NCBI RefSeq assembly: GCF_009914755.1
Contig: NC_060925.1
Strand: one strand, 5' to 3'
DNA from: the human T2T-CHM13v2.0 reference genome, Homo sapiens
DNA length: 64,000 nucleotides
In this document: positions 28,731 to 46,321 of the stretch, in pieces
Layout of the letters: every line of letters begins with the position of its first letter
How positions within the stretch are numbered: position 1 is the stretch's first letter
Notes under the pieces: model-generated
Told to the model about the DNA's origin: nothing
Database searches by the model: none
The model's input: the letters and a program-made list of their open reading frames with translations, nothing else
Position numbers and translations under genes: made by a program

Positions 28731-31198
28731 CCTGTTATCAAGGGGTTTTAGGTGATGACTCTTTCTCACTACTTTCTGCAGAAAAGGGGTGCCCTGTGGA
28801 GAACACCAGCTGGGGCTTCTCTTAGGGTCCTCAGAAGAAAGGCATGTCGATGCATGGTTCTGTCTGCAGCACCATTTGGAGTTTGATTGCTATCTGCCAT
28901 TCCAATGGGTTGTAATACTCATTTGCCTCCACCAGATGCTGCTGAAATGTTAATAGTGTTAATATAAAAGTAACATTAACAAATGTTAATAATGTTAGTA
29001 TAAAAGGATAAGTGGCATTGGATTTGGGTGGCTAGAGTAACTAGTGTTAACCTTGGCTAAATCTTTCCTGCAATTATTAATTCTTTTGTGACTTCCACAG
29101 ACCGTTTATGACATGTTTAAACTTTCTGACTTTTCCTAAACATCCCTCTTTTTAAACAAGCAGTTATTCTCTTCAGGATAAAATTTTACCATACAAGATC
29201 CTTTCTTATATAAAATCTATTTTCTTTATAAACTTCTTTGCATAGCTAGGGTGTGACATATTACCAAACCCAATAAAAAGTCCTGGTGGACTCAGCAATA
29301 GTGAAACCTTCATGTTTACCTCTTGTCAGTAGCTATTATTCCTGCTATAAGGATAATAATTAAGCAAAATACTACAGCAGTGGAAACTCTCTGTCCAATA
29401 TTTCAGTTAGAAGGTGCTACCATGTATAACTCTACCACAAATAGTAGAGTGTGTGTAGCGATTCCCACAAGGGTGGTGTAGTAGATCATTTCCATCTAAA
29501 ATTTTAGTTGCCAAGATATAGAATTTCCCTTTTGGAAGGTCTATGAAGTTCCTTGGTTTTATTTTCCTAAAGAAATTTCTGCGTTATGAGCAACCTACTC
29601 ACTTTTATTACATGGCAGGATTTGCAGGATAATTGGCCAGAACTATCTGGCCAATTATTTGCAGGATAATTGATCCAGATTTTTACATTACCCATACATT
29701 TTTCTTTTTCCCAAGCTGCAGGAAATCATTACTTGATTCACAAGAATAAGCAGGGCTAGCCTAAAATGTAGGGAAAAAAAACTTAAAAATAACCAATGAA
29801 ACTAGAATTTAATGACAAATGTATAAGTTTTGGAGCATAATTTTTTTCTCTCTAGTCCTCATTTTCAGTAAAAACAAATTATGATAGGACCATGTTGTTT
29901 GTAGAATAAAGTTTAGTCATATACTTGGCCTGATTATTTGCATAAAGTGCAACAAGAATAATTATTTCTACATAGGCCTTTCGGATTGGATTTGATGAAA
30001 CTCTGTTCCAGGAGGAATCTCAAATAATACCTTTTAAAGCCAAGTCCAGCCATGGGTTTTTATCCTTAAATACCTGTGAGTTGGGTGATCCTTTCCTCTT
30101 AAGTTCCTAAGATAAGCTTGGAGCACCTGGACCTGTTAGAAAGTGACATTTTTTACTGACCATAGGTCAGGAATCTGCCTGGGGGACTGTGTAGGCAACA
30201 ATATGAGGCTAGTCTTCCCCAAAGGGCTTTTATTGGCTCTTCAAGTCAAGCTTGATTCCTTTAGAAGAAATACAGCCTTCCAGTCAAAGTCTTGATAAAG
30301 ACAACCAGTTTCTCCAATTGTATTCTGTTGAAAAAGAAAATGGATTCTTATTGTACTGATGCAAATAACTATATTGCCATAAGTTAAGAATACGTTTCCA
30401 AATTTTAGAGGAACCAGGCAATGAGAAAGAAGTATGCCTTAAATTTTATTCACAAGAGTATACCTTACTTAATTGTTAAAAGCTGTAGATAGCTTAAAAT
30501 AAAAGTTTCCTTGACACTGAAGGACAAAATAAGGATGAGCAATGTTTCAAGCAAAAAGTTAAAAAAGATTATGTCAGACTTCTTTTAGTGTAGTTCATGC
30601 AGTTATCTCCTGTTTGATATTCATGAACATTTCAGCTCCTCATGAATCCTGTGTGTTTTTTCTCTATTCCAATGTTAGAAACCTGCATTTGAGAACACCT
30701 GTAAAAGTCCTATAGCTTGATTATAAACTATCTTTTGAAAAGGAACAAAGCAATACAACAATTGCCTGCAGATGACAAAATTTCCAGCATAGTTACAGTT
30801 AAAAACACGACTGACAAAGAGATTTGGTTATCTTTGTGGTTTACAATAACTTCAATCTTAATTATGATTAATAGCATATACATAGACATTAGAATTTTAG
30901 AAATCCCATACAATTTTGGAACATGTATTAGTATTGTTCAACAAAATATAACCTAAAGAAGATTGGACATCATTTTAGCAATTCCATGTAATTAAATATG
31001 TCAAATAATCCTGTTTACCTCTTCTTTGGATGGTTTAGAGACCCTCTGAACCATCCAGAAAGCCAGGCATCAGGAGAGACAATTTTGAAACTTGAAGTTT
31101 GATTTTTGGAAGCCTGATAAATATGTTAGAGGTTTAAAACACTTGATATTATGAAATGGAAGTCTAGATTACCATAAATTATTTTGCCAAAATGATAA

Positions 31199-31584
<386 letters not shown>

Positions 31585-34500
31585 TCAATTTTTTAATGAA
31601 ACCTCATAGACAATACCATCTAATCTTAACCAATTTGACCATGAGGTGAAATCTTTGCAAACCTTTTGTAACCCTTTTGCTGAAATGCGAATTAGTGTCT
31701 TAAGACAACTTTGCTGTGCTTTTATTTCAATGCTCAATTTATGAAAAAATGATATAATACCCTTTTGAATTTAGTTAAGGTTTACACATGGGATTTTTGC
31801 CAGATTAATTTTTATAATCTTTCCATAACTTGCTTAAACCTTCAGCTTTATCTTATCTAATTTAAGACAATTCTTTATGACTAGGTAAAATTTACATTTC
31901 CATACTTTCTTATAATCTCTTACTAAAAAACATATTTTACTGTTTTTACACACCTTGCATGTAAATCTATTTTTAGTAGTCAAAATTACATATTATGATA
32001 GTAACTCATAGCAATTTTTAACTTTAATGTGAAACCTGGTAAGTTGTTTTGATTATGTACTAGGCACAGAGAAAATCACTTACTTTTTCCAGCATAGTTA
32101 GGGGGTTGTTAATTTTGTATGTCCCCAGCCCTTACCAAATTGTGAAGCAGGTGGTTTACAACCTTGAAACCTTTAGCAAACCTAGTATTTGACTTACATG
32201 ATTTAGATCACCTGTTTATATTGATAACACTTGTATTTTACCAATAATCTTGAAGACTTTTTTATTTCTTAAAAATTAAAGTCACATTAACTAAGAAGCA
32301 TTACAGCTTTTATCTTTCCTTTAAAATATTTAAGCATTTATTTTTCTCTAAGACAATTAATTAGAGCTCTTTTTATAGATATTACACACAACACATATAT
32401 AGCTACCCAGACAGAAGATTTAGCACTTGTAAAATTTTTCATTTGCTAGTTTCTTAATTGGATTACTGGCTTCAGGGTGGAGACCTTGGAGGAACACGAC
32501 TAGGAAAGCATGCATTTTTATGGCTGAATAAGCTGGCACAGCTGAAGGCAAAGACAGATCCTCAAAATAAAGGGTGCCATTTTATAGTGGATCCTGGATT
32601 CCCAAAAGGAGGGAAATACTATGGGGAGAAGACAGTGTAGTGCTTCTACCACGCATCTCATTGCAAGGCAACCCAAAGGCAATCAGCCCATTTTGTAATC
32701 AGCCCACTCCCCATGGGAGCCTTATCCCTTAATTTGGGGTGGGGATGTTTCCAAATCTTCCGGGTAGCCAACAGCATGCTTCTCTGATCCAGATGTGCAA
32801 AGAAGTAAGTATCCCTCCATAACTTCTATTAGCCATCCCTTAAGGTATATTTTTTACCTAGTTATTACACAAAGCCCTCTCATAATGCAAAGTAATTTGA
32901 TAGCCCCAAAACTTAAAACCATCAGATAACACAATGCGAAACAGAACAGCACCTTTGATTTTGAGAGAGATGTAGCTGCTTTTAATTCCTGGGGTTTCAT
33001 GAGGGAAACAGAGGGTGTGTACGTGTGTGTGTGTATGTGTTTTCCCAAAACAGGGTCTGTGGCACCTCCTCTGTTTTTCCCAAGAAGTCCCAGACTACCA
33101 GAAGTTATCTTAGGGCCTCTTATGTGTGCATTAAGAGTGGCAAGACAAAAAAAATGGAGAAAAATAGTTCAGTTGACTGAAGAAAAAAGCCCTTTTTCAA
33201 AAAAACAGGCTCCAAGAAGAGAAAAGCATAAAGGTTTTTAAAATATACCCTTGCTTGGATATCCGCTTTTAATCAAACTGAGCACTCTTTAAGAAAATCC
33301 TTTTAAGTCCCTTGTTACTTGACTTTAGCCACACCTAGCAGTTAAGTTTTTCAGCTTTTGAACTTTACAAAAAGTAACCTCACAGGTGAAACCAACCAGC
33401 CTAAATTAGGTTATGACTTAGCTGCGAGTGTATGAGGTATTTTCAAAGGGGTGGTAAGCAGCTTTTGAAACCTTCATTGCAAAACTGTGACTGAGACAGT
33501 GAAAGAGTTTTGACCCAACCAACTCCATCTTGCTTCCAGCCCCAAAGCTGCCCTTCCCCATCCCTAGACATAGGCTGAACCAACTCTGGAAGGAGTGTGA
33601 TTTACAGTTTATAGTCTAAAACAAAGATGATAACCATCCCTCTTTCCTGGGGAGCAGACCAAGAAACTAGTCACAAGATTAGAAACCATTGCTTGGGAGC
33701 CATGCAGCTGGAGGCTACAAGATTTTGACTCTCTCTAAACTGCTCTCAAGGTCAGTGCTTAAGATATTTTGCAAACCCCGCCCTTGATAGATCAACTAGC
33801 ACCACCCAGATCGATAAAATGGCTTATCTGAGTTTGAGACCCCCACCCAGGAACTGACTTAGCACAGAAGACAGTCACCATTTTACAATGGTGGGGACTA
33901 AAACAAAGTATTGCCATGTGGTTACAGGTCATGTTCCGAAGGACATAAAACAAGAAGAGGCCTGTAGCAAAGTTTGTTACTGAACACTTTGTTGAGCTGG
34001 CTTGATCAACAGGCTTATGAGGTCCTGGGCCTGTATCCTAACCTAAGGTACCCTTTCTTTTAACAGAATCATGCAGAAAGACACACAATGCACACTAGAC
34101 TGGCTGCAACTTAAGACCAACCTCACAAATCCTCTTTCATTAATTAAAACTTAACAGAGAATATAAACAGTGATTCTTATTATTCATTTTACCAGTTTGC
34201 ACAGAGAGAGAGAAGCCAAAAGCCCACTGGTTAAAAAAAAAACCGTAAAACTTTTACCCTTTTGCCAGTATGTCAAGCTTCTGGGTTCCCTTCCTCCAAG
34301 CTCAACTCTAAGCAAAGCATTTTAAGGTTTGGGGAAATTAACTTTTCCCAGTTTGGAGGAACATTATAAACCATGAAAAAAGGAAGGAAAAATACCATAG
34401 AAAAGTCTCGGGGTTTGTGTTGTAGAATTGGAGGAGCTGACAATGTAGATGGTGGGCAGGAAGAACCAGGGCATCTGGAAGTTGCATTTGAGGGTTTCAA

Positions 34501-34734
34501 TTAGGGTTGTCAATAAGTACTGCCTCTCTTCCAATTGGGAATGATGATTCCCCTGTTTCTTTACTCTCTCTATTTTCTCTTTTCCTTTTGACCTACCATA
34601 GGAGACAGATTGCTCATCTCCAAATTTCTCTGCTGTCTGCGGAGCTGCCTGGTTTTCAACCTTGGTTAGGGTTTGGCTTAGGAATAGCATAATATCCCTT
34701 TGTGAGAGGTTAAACACTTGAGTTAAATTTTGGA

Positions 34735-35049
<315 letters not shown>

Positions 35050-36191
35050 TTATCAGCATCGTCAGAAAATTGGCCTAAGTCTCCCTTTATTTGCCTAAGG
35101 TCCTGCAATGAGAAGGGAACTTGAGGGGGGCCCCAAATAAGGGGGATCCTCAGATGGTTTCCCTGGAAGTTGCTTCTCTAATTTGGGGGAATCATTCTCT
35201 GTAGGTCGCCTGATATGACTGCTATAAGGGCTGGGTTGATTGTGCAACTCTTGTGAAGATCTAGTAAAAAGGCCATGCTCTTGTGTAAAAGAAAATGAGC
35301 CACTTTTTCTTCAAAGTCTCAGGGTCAAAGGAGTCCTTGTGCTTCAGAAAGCACTACAGAGAGGTGCAAGCTGAAGATGGTCTGTTACCCATTTAGAAAG
35401 AGAAGCGAGAAAAAGGCGTCCCTTTAATCCTATTCCTTTCAGTGTGACCCAGGGTGGAGGGGAAGACAGTGAGGGCATCCCCCTTACTGTTTTCCCTCCT
35501 TGGTTCCTGGGTCCCAGCACCTTGTTAAATGTGCCACTCATGGTTGCGGGCATGACCCCCAGTTGTGGAACCAGAGGAACTAAGCAACTGGGATTAGTCA
35601 CGATTACCCATGTGACTCTAGTCCTCCACTTGTGATTTCCCTTTGACTTCCTAGACTTATGTGATCTGCATCCTCCCTCAAAGATGGATCTCAGGAAATA
35701 CTATGTAATAGTTGCATTTGGACAAGGCCCCTTTAATGGAGAAAGGGTACTAGATTGAACTCTATATCCTACTATCATGGCCCATGCTAAAGCGTTTCCC
35801 CTTAGAGAATGGTTCCAGTTAACTTCTGGACCTAAAATTCCCTTACTATTTAAGTACTGTTCTAATTGGAGGTAGAATAGGTGCCTTAAAAGAACGTAGG
35901 GACCAAATGGCATTTTTCCTGCCGATGGGACAGTGTCAAGACTAAAATTTGGTGCCAGAGGCCATTTGTGGCCAATTAGGACTCCTAATTGTCAAAAGCA
36001 GAGTTTTCCCATTTACAGAAGGGGCATAGAGCCTGATTTTTAGTATATTGGTGCAAAAAGGGAGGAGAATTGGGAGGAGAATTTGGCAAAGGGACGACAT
36101 TGTGCCTCATGGAGAGGATTTTTATTCCTCTAGGTGGCGCTATTGACCTTGAAATGCCATGTGCTCTCCAGACTAAGGGCAGAGAGTGACC

Positions 36192-36704
36192 TGTCTGAGA
36201 CCAGCTTGGTCGTGGAGACCCTAACCCAGCAGTGCTAGAGGAATTAAAGACACACACAGAAATATAGAGTGTGAAGTGGGAAATCAGGTGTCTCACAGCC
36301 TTCAGAGCTGACAGCCTTGAACAGAGATTTACCCACATATTTATTGACAGTAAGCCAGTGATAAACACTGTTTCTATAGATTGTAGATTAACTAAAAGTA
36401 TTCCTTACGGGAAACAAAGGGATGGGCCGAAATAAAGGGATGGGCTCTGGCTAGTTATCTGCAGCATGAACATGTCCTCAAGGCACAGATCGCTCATGCT
36501 ATTGTTTGTGGTTTAAGAACACCTTAAGTGGTTTTCCACCCTGGGTGGGCCAGGTGTTCCTTGCCCTCATTCTGGTAAACCGACAACCTTCCAGTGTGGG
36601 CGTCAAGGGCATCATGAGCATGTCACAGTGCTGCTCAAAGAGATTTTGTTTATGGCCAGTTTTGGGGCCAGTTTATGGCCAGATTTGGGGGCCCATTCCC
36701 AACA
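36192..36704 (-). mobile_element. MER9 (HERV-K HML-3) solo LTR, copy 2
   Basis: Homologous to 28218-28730; gacc(tg) flanking repeats; sits inside a ~43-bp tandem repeat (36145-36187, 36705-36790). Confidence 0.8.
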
Positions 36705-38094
36705 GACCTGGAAATGCCATATGCTTTCCTGACCAAGGGCAGAGAGTGACCTGGAAATGCCATGTGCTCTCCAGACTAAGGGCAGGGAGTGACCTCACTG
36801 TGGCGGGTGGGGGGAGACCCTCTGATCCTAGAAAATCACAACAGCATTCCCCTGAGTTATATCCTTTGTTACTATAGAATTTCCTGATCTTGCCTAACAG
36901 GATCACTTCCCTGAGCTGTAAAACTTCCCGCATATTGCACATAGAGAGAGGATAGGAGACATGGCAACCATGGATAGAAAAGAAGGAAATTTTGCAACAG
37001 GATAGCTGGAGATCCTTTTTGCCAACACCCAGTCAAGCAGTCAGAGGCTGGGATTAGTCCAGAAGCCTTTGGATAATAGCAGGTTGTTGCCCTGACCAGA
37101 AATCCTCAGTTGTTTCAGGACCTCACTCAGCCCCATGCGGTGGCTAGGCCCAACATGAAAAGTAACTCATTCAAACATGGCCAACATGCCCAGCAACCCG
37201 TGGTTTCTGGGGGATTCTCCATGTTCTCCTCAGTACACCTCACCCCTGTGTCTTGTAAGGCTGGCAGCCACGCTAACCGTGTTTTTAAATGGTTGATGGG
37301 AGCCCAGTATTTTTTATTTAGTTTGATTTGATTCTAAAATGGAGGCCAAGAACCTCAAAATTAAAGGACAGATTTGAGATTTGCTCCCATTCTTACCACT
37401 CTGATGGTTATACCTTCTGTTCCTGTTCTGATCCTGGACAAGCCACCAAGGGAAGTAGCATCATTGTCTGGGGAAATATCCAGGGTTCATTGTCTCATGC
37501 CAAGAAGATTAAGGACATGGACATACATGGGTGGGTTAAGGAGGGGAAAGTTTAATAGGCAGAAGAAAGGAGAGAGGAGAGCAGCTCTCTCTTGTGAGAG
37601 AGAGGGGCATCTGAAAGGGAAAAGCTGGCCTGCAGCAGACTGCAGCAGATTTTATAGGCAGGATTGAGGAGGCAGTGTCTGATTTATGTAGGGCCAACAG
37701 ATTGTCCTGACCAGGTATAATATTTACATAGTGTGTGGGGAAGGTTTGTCACCCCACCCTGATCTTAATATGCAAATGGGTTTTCTACTTGGCCAGCGCC
37801 ATCTTGTCTGCTCCTTACTGTATATGTGGCTGGCAAAGAGAAGGGAAGATGGAGCCGCCATTTTGATCATGCCTAGTCCCAGGTAGCCTTTTCCTATTGG
37901 CACAACTGCCGGCATTCACCTGTGCAAGTTTTCAGTTTGCTTGTCTATGTCTGCAGCTCAATTTTACAGACTGCTCTTTGTTAGAAAAGAAAATGATTTT
38001 GGGGGTGCTTTTCATGAAAAGTAAAACCTTAATGAGGACTTCCTTACCCTCAAAATCTTCCTAAATAATTTCTTTTTAACTCCTATATCATTAG

Positions 38095-38472
38095 TGTATT
38101 TTATGTCGCTATAAAGGAGTACCCGAGGCTGGTTAATTTATAAAGACGAGGTTTATTTTGGCTTACAGTTCTGCAAGCTGTACAAGAAGCATAATGATGG
38201 CATCTGCTTCTGGTGAGGGCCTTAGGAAGCTTACAGTCATGGCTGAAGGCAAAGAAGTAGTAGGTCTGTCTCATGGTGAGAGAGGGGGAAGGGCTTAGCC
38301 TCTTTTTAACAACCATATCTCATGTGAACTTATTACTGTGGGGAGGGTACTAAGCCATTCATGAAGGATTCCCCCTCATGATCAAAATGCCTCCCACTAA
38401 TGCCCCACCTCCAACATTGGAGATCACATTTCAACATGAGATTTGGTGAGGACAAATATCCAAACTATATCA
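38095..38472. mobile_element. MaLR LTR (MST-like)
   Basis: gctataaagg...ggaagcttacagtcatggctgaaggc...catttcaacatgagatttgg...caaactatatca. Confidence 0.75.
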
Positions 38473-38937
38473 GATATACATCACATTTTGTTTATTTATT
38501 CATCAATTGGACATTTGATAGTTTCTACTTTGTGATTATTATGAATAATTCTGTTATGAATGTTCATTTATAAGTTTTTGTATGGACATATGTTTTCATG
38601 TCTCTTGGGGATATTCCTAGAAGTGGAATTATTGGGTCATATGCTAACTCTACATTTAACCTTCTGAGGAACTACCAGACTGTTTTCCAATGAAGATGTA
38701 CTATTTTACATCTCATCAGCAGTGTATGAGGGTTGCAGTTTCTCCATATCTTCTCCAACACTTATCCTTCTTTTTTATTATAACCATCCTAGCTGGTGTG
38801 AAGTAGTGTCTCAATGTGGTTTTGATTTATATTTCCTGAATGACTAATGATACTGAGTATCTGCCTTTTCAAGTGCTTGTTAGCCATTTGCATATCTTCT
38901 TTGGTGAAAATTTTTTCAAATCCTTTACCAATTTTAA

Positions 38938-39320
<383 letters not shown>

Positions 39321-40792
39321 TGAATTGTGTCCTGTACCCTGAAATATATTGAAGTCCTAACCCCCAGGACCTGTAAATGTGACATTATTTGGAAATAGTA
39401 CTTTTGAAGAAGTAATCAAATTAAGATGAGTTAATTAGGGTGGGCCTTAATCCAATATGACTGGTACAATTATAACAAGAAGAAATGCCATGTGAAGACA
39501 GTCATACACAGAGAGAATGCCATGTGATTACAGAGGCAGAGACTGGAATGATGCAGCTGCAAGCCAAAAAAAAAAAAAACAAGAATAAGCAGCCATCATC
39601 AGAAGCTAGGAAGAGTCAAGAAATGATGCTACCCAGAGTCTCAAAAGGAATATGGCCCTACTAATACCTTGATTTCAGATTTCTAGCCTTCAAAACTGTG
39701 AGATAATACATTTCTATTGTTTTAAGACCCCAGTTTGTGGGATTTTGTTATGGTAACTAGAATGCAACAGTATTAAGAGATGTGGCCTTTGGGAGATGAT
39801 TTGGCAGAGCCCTCATGAATGGCATTAGCATTTTTGTAAAAGGCCTTGAGGTTAAAATGAGACTGTGTGTGGACACTGTGTTCATTTCTTCTGGAAAATG
39901 CAGCAACAAGGTGCCAACTTGGAAGCAGAAAGGTGCCTCACCAGACACCAAACCTACTAGTACCTTAATCTTAAACTTCTCGCCTCTAGAACTCTGATAA
40001 ATAAACTTCTATTGTTTGTAAATTACCTAGTCTATGGTATTTTGTTATAATAGTCCAAAGGGACTAAGATACTCCCTGCATCCAGCCTCTGGAAACCACC
40101 ATTTTACTATCTGTCTCTATGATTTTGACTACTCTAGATATTTCATATAAGGGGAATCATGTACTATTTATCTTTTTGTGATTGGCTTATTTAATTTAGA
40201 ATGATGTCTTCAAGGTTCATCCATGTTATAGCATGTGTCAGAATTTCCTTCTTTTTTAAGGCTGAATCATATTGCATTGAATGTATATACCACATTTTGC
40301 TGATCTATTTGTCTGTCAGTGGATACTTGGGTGGCTTCCACATTTTAGCTAGTGTAAATAATGGGTGTACAAATACATATTTGCATCCCTGCTTTAAATT
40401 CTTTGGGGTATATAACCAGAAGTGAAATTGTCAGATGATATGGAAATTCTGTGTCTACTTTTTCTTGAGGAACTGTCATACTATTCTCCACAGGAACTAT
40501 ATCACTTTACATTTCCACCAACCGTGTAGAATCATACTAATTTCTCCACATCATTGCCAACATTTGTTGTTGTCTGTTTTTTTCATGGTAGCCATCCTAA
40601 GTGTGTGAAGTGGTACTATGGTTTGGATATGGCTTGTCCCTGCCAAAACTCCTTTTCATGTTGAAATTTGATTCCCAGTGTGGTGGTATTGGGAGGTGGT
40701 ACCGAGTGACAGGTGTTTGGGTCATGGGGAAGATCCCTCATGAATAGATTAAGGCCTTCCTGTGGAGGTGAGTCTTGCTCTTGCAAGATTTA

Positions 40793-41059
<267 letters not shown>

Positions 41060-42774
41060 TTACCACATGCAGCTGCTCAGTCTTGAACTTGCTAGCCACC
41101 AGAAGCATGAACCAAATAACCCCCTTTTCTTTATAAATTATCCAGCTCAGGTATTGTTATAGCAATACAAAATGGACTAAGGTAGTATCTCATAGTGGTT
41201 TTGATTTGCATTTCCCTAGTGATTATTAATGTTAGCATCTTTTGAGGTGTTTATTAGTCATTTGTTTATCTTCTTTGGAGAAATATCTATTAAATTATTT
41301 CCTCATTATTGAATTAGGTTTGGTTTTTCTTATAAGTTTTAAAGTTCTCTGTATATTCTAGATGTTAATATTCCTTATCAGATACATGATTTGCAAATAT
41401 TTTCTCCTACTTTGTAGGTTGCCTTTCTACTTTGTTGACAGTGTTATTTTATTTATTTATGACACAGGGTCTTGCTCTGTCACTCAGGCAGGAGTGCAAT
41501 GGTAAGATCATAGCTCACCGTAACCTCCAACTCCTGTGCTCAAGGAATCCTCCTGCCATAGCCTCCTGAGTAGCTAGGACCAAAGACAAATGCCACCATG
41601 CCTAGCTAATTAAAAAGAAATTGTAGAGATGGGATCTTGTTGTGTTGCCCAGGCTGGTCTCAAATTCCTGGCCTCAAGCAATCCTCCCACCTTGGCCTCC
41701 CAAAGTGGTAGGATTACAGGTGTGAGCCACCACACTTGGCCAGTAGTGTTATTTCCATATTCAAAAGTTTTTAGTTTTTATGCAATACAGTTTTTAAATT
41801 TTTCTTTTGTTGCCTGTGTCTTTGATGTCATATCCAAGAAATCATTGCCAAATCCATAGTCATGGAGAGTTCCCCCTAAGTTTTCTGCAAAAGAATTTTA
41901 CAGTTTTAGCTCTTGTGTTTAGGTCTTTTTATCCTTTTTGAATTAATTTTTGTGAATAGTGTAAGGTAAGTGTCTAACTTAGTTTTTTTCATGTGGATGT
42001 TGTTTTATCACCATTTACTAGAAAACTTTCTTTCCTCCATCGTCTTTGCACTCTTGTTGAAAATCATTCAACAAAGAAAAGCCCTAGACTTGATGGCTTC
42101 GTTCTACCAAACATTTAAATATCAAATATGCAAGATCAAATATGCGAGAGTTTGTTTCTGGGATGTCTATTGTATTCCCTTGGTCTATATATTTGTCTTT
42201 ATTCAATTATGACACTGTTTTGAACACTGCAGCTTTGTAGTAAGTTTTGAAATCAGAAAGTGTGAGTCCTCCAACTTTTGTTTTTCTTTTTCAAGATTGT
42301 TGTGGCTGTTTGGGGTCCCTTTAGGCTCTGTACAAATTTTAGGATGGATTGTTTTATTTCTGCAAAAAATATTGTTGGAATTTTGATAGGGATTATATTG
42401 AATCTGTAGATAGCTTTGGATAGTATTTACATTGTAACAATAGTTTTCCAATCATGAACATGAATGTCTTTCCATTTATTTTCATCTTCCTAATTTTTTC
42501 ACCAATGTTTTCTATCTTTTATTGTACAAGTCTTTCACCTCTCTTCATTAAGCTAATTCCTAAGTATTTCATTCTTTTTGATGCTATTATAAATAGAATT
42601 GTTTTCTTAATTTCCTTTCCAGATTGTTCATTGTTAGAGTATAGAAATGCAACTAATTTATGTGTGTTGACTTCATGTCCTACTACTTTTTGAATTTATT
42701 AGCTCTAAGAAGTTTTTTTGGTGAAATATTTAGGTTTCTATTTATGAGATCATATAATCTGCAAACAGAGATAT

Positions 42775-43096
42775 CGTTATGCAGCATAATGGACTACATT
42801 TGTGACAGTAGTCCCATATGGTTATAATACTGTGTTTTCATTGTACCTTTTCTGATTAGATATGTTTAGATATACAAATACCATTTTGTTTAATTGCCTA
42901 TAGTATTTAATACAGTAACATGCTGTACAGATTTGTAGCCTGGGAGCACTAGGCTAAACCATATAGCCTAGGTGTGTAATAGGATATACCATCTAGGTTT
43001 GTGTAAGTACATTCTATGATGTTTGCACACTGACAAAATCACCTACCGACACATTTCTTAGGATGTATTCCTGTCATTAAACAATACATGACTGTA
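42775..43096. mobile_element. Tigger3/MER7-like DNA transposon
   Basis: gtcccatatggttataatac...tagcctaggtgtgtaatagg...acatgactgta. Confidence 0.7.
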
Positions 43097-43929
43097 ATTT
43101 TACTTCTTCCTTTTCAATTTGGATACCTTTTATTTTTGTTGTTGTTGTTGTCTAATAGCTCTGGCTAAGACTTCCAGTACTTTGTTGGATAGAAATAACA
43201 AGTGCAGGCATCCTTGTCTGATCTTGGAGCAAAAGCTTTCAGTCTTTCCACCATTGAGTATAATGTTCACTGTGGATTTTTCATATGGATTTTTATATTG
43301 AAGCAGATTCTTTCTGTTCCATGTTTGTTAAGTGTTTTTATCATGAAAGGATGTTGGATTTTGTTAAATGCTTTTTCTGTATCAACTGAGATTATTATAT
43401 GGGTGTTTTTCTGTTCATTCTGTTAACCTGATGTATTACATTGATTTAGTTTCAATATGTTGAACCATCCTTGCATTCCAGGACTGAATTCTACTTGGTC
43501 ATGGTTTATAATCCTTTTAATATGCTACTGAATTCAATTTGCTAGTATATTGTTGAGGATTTTTTCATCAACGTTCTTAAGGGGCATTGGCCTGTAGTTT
43601 ACTTTTCCTGTGGTATCTTTATCTGGCTTTGCTGTTAGAGTAATTATGTCCTCTTCAAATGTGTTAAGAAGTATTTCTTCCCCTTCATTTTCTTAAAGGA
43701 ACATTGGGAAAAAGGATATTAGTTCTTTTTTAAATGTTTGGTAGAATTCACTAATGAAGCCATCAGATCTAGGGTTTTTCTTTGTTGGGAGATTTTACTT
43801 ACTGATTCATTCTTCTTACTAGTTAGTCTATTCAGATTTTCTGTTTCTTTGTGATTTAGTCTTGGTAGGCTTTGTGTTTTTAGAATTTCTTTTTTGTTGT
43901 TTGTTTGTTTGTTTGTTTTGTTTTATTGA

Positions 43930-44148
<219 letters not shown>

Positions 44149-44591
44149 TGATTCGCCCACCTCAGCCTCCCAAAGTGCTGTGATTACAGGCGTGAGCCAC
44201 CATGCCTGGCCATGTTTTTAGAAATTTCTGCATTTCATTTAGGTCATCCAGTTTCTAGATATGCAATTATTCATAGTACACTCTTAAAATCACTTTTATT
44301 TCTCTAGTATCTGTTGTAATGCCCTCACTTCCTAATTTAATAATTTGAGTCTTCTCTCTTTTTTCTTAGTAAATATAATTAAAGATTTGTCAATTTTGTT
44401 GATCTTTTCAAAGAACAAAGCTTTTTGTATATTTTCTTGATTGTTTTTCATTTCTGTCTTTCATTTATCTCTTTTCTAATCTTTATTTCCTTCCTTTTGC
44501 TACCTTCAGGTTTGTTTTGTTTTCCTTTTCTAGTTCTTTAAGTTGTGAAGTTAGCTTGTTGATTTGAGATCTTTCTTATTTTTTACTGTAA

Positions 44592-45637
<1,046 letters not shown>

Positions 45638-46321
45638 AAGTATTTTCTAATTTCTTTGTGACTTATTTTTTGATCCATTGGTTTTTTAAAAGTGTGTTGT
45701 TTAGTTTCTACAAATTGTGAATTTTTCTGTTTTCCTCCTGTTAATTTCTAACTTTATCCTGTTTCAGTTGGAGAAGATACTTTGTATGATATCTGTTTTT
45801 TAAAATCTATTGAGACTTAATTTGTGGTTTAACATATGATCTATCTTGTAGATTGTCCTGTGTGCAGTTGAGAAGAATGTGTAAGCTATTGCTGTTGGTT
45901 ATAGCATCTTGTATATGTCTGTTAGCTCTAGTTGGCTTATTGTGTTGTTCAAGTCCTCTATTTCCTTACCTACTTTTGGTCTGGTTATTTAATACATCAT
46001 TGAGAGTAGGGTATTGACTCCATTTATTCTTGAACAGTCTGTTTCTCCCTTCAATTCTGTAAATTTTTTCTTTTGTTTTTTGATGGTCTTATTATTTGCC
46101 AAAATATGTGTAATTATGATATATTTTTACTATATTGAGCCTTTTATTAATATATAATATATTTTACAATATTTTGTAACCTTTTTGAAATTGAATGTTT
46201 ATTTTGTCTGATATTAGTATAGTGTAGTAATTTCCCTGTTCTAATTTGGTTACTATTTGCATGAAATGTCTTTTTTTATTCTTTCACATTCAGTCTACTT
46301 TTATCTTTTAGACTGTATATA

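Noticed and set aside
36145-36790. ~43-bp direct repeats as a CRISPR-like array
   Set aside because: Eukaryotic ERV leader tandem repeat without unique spacers.
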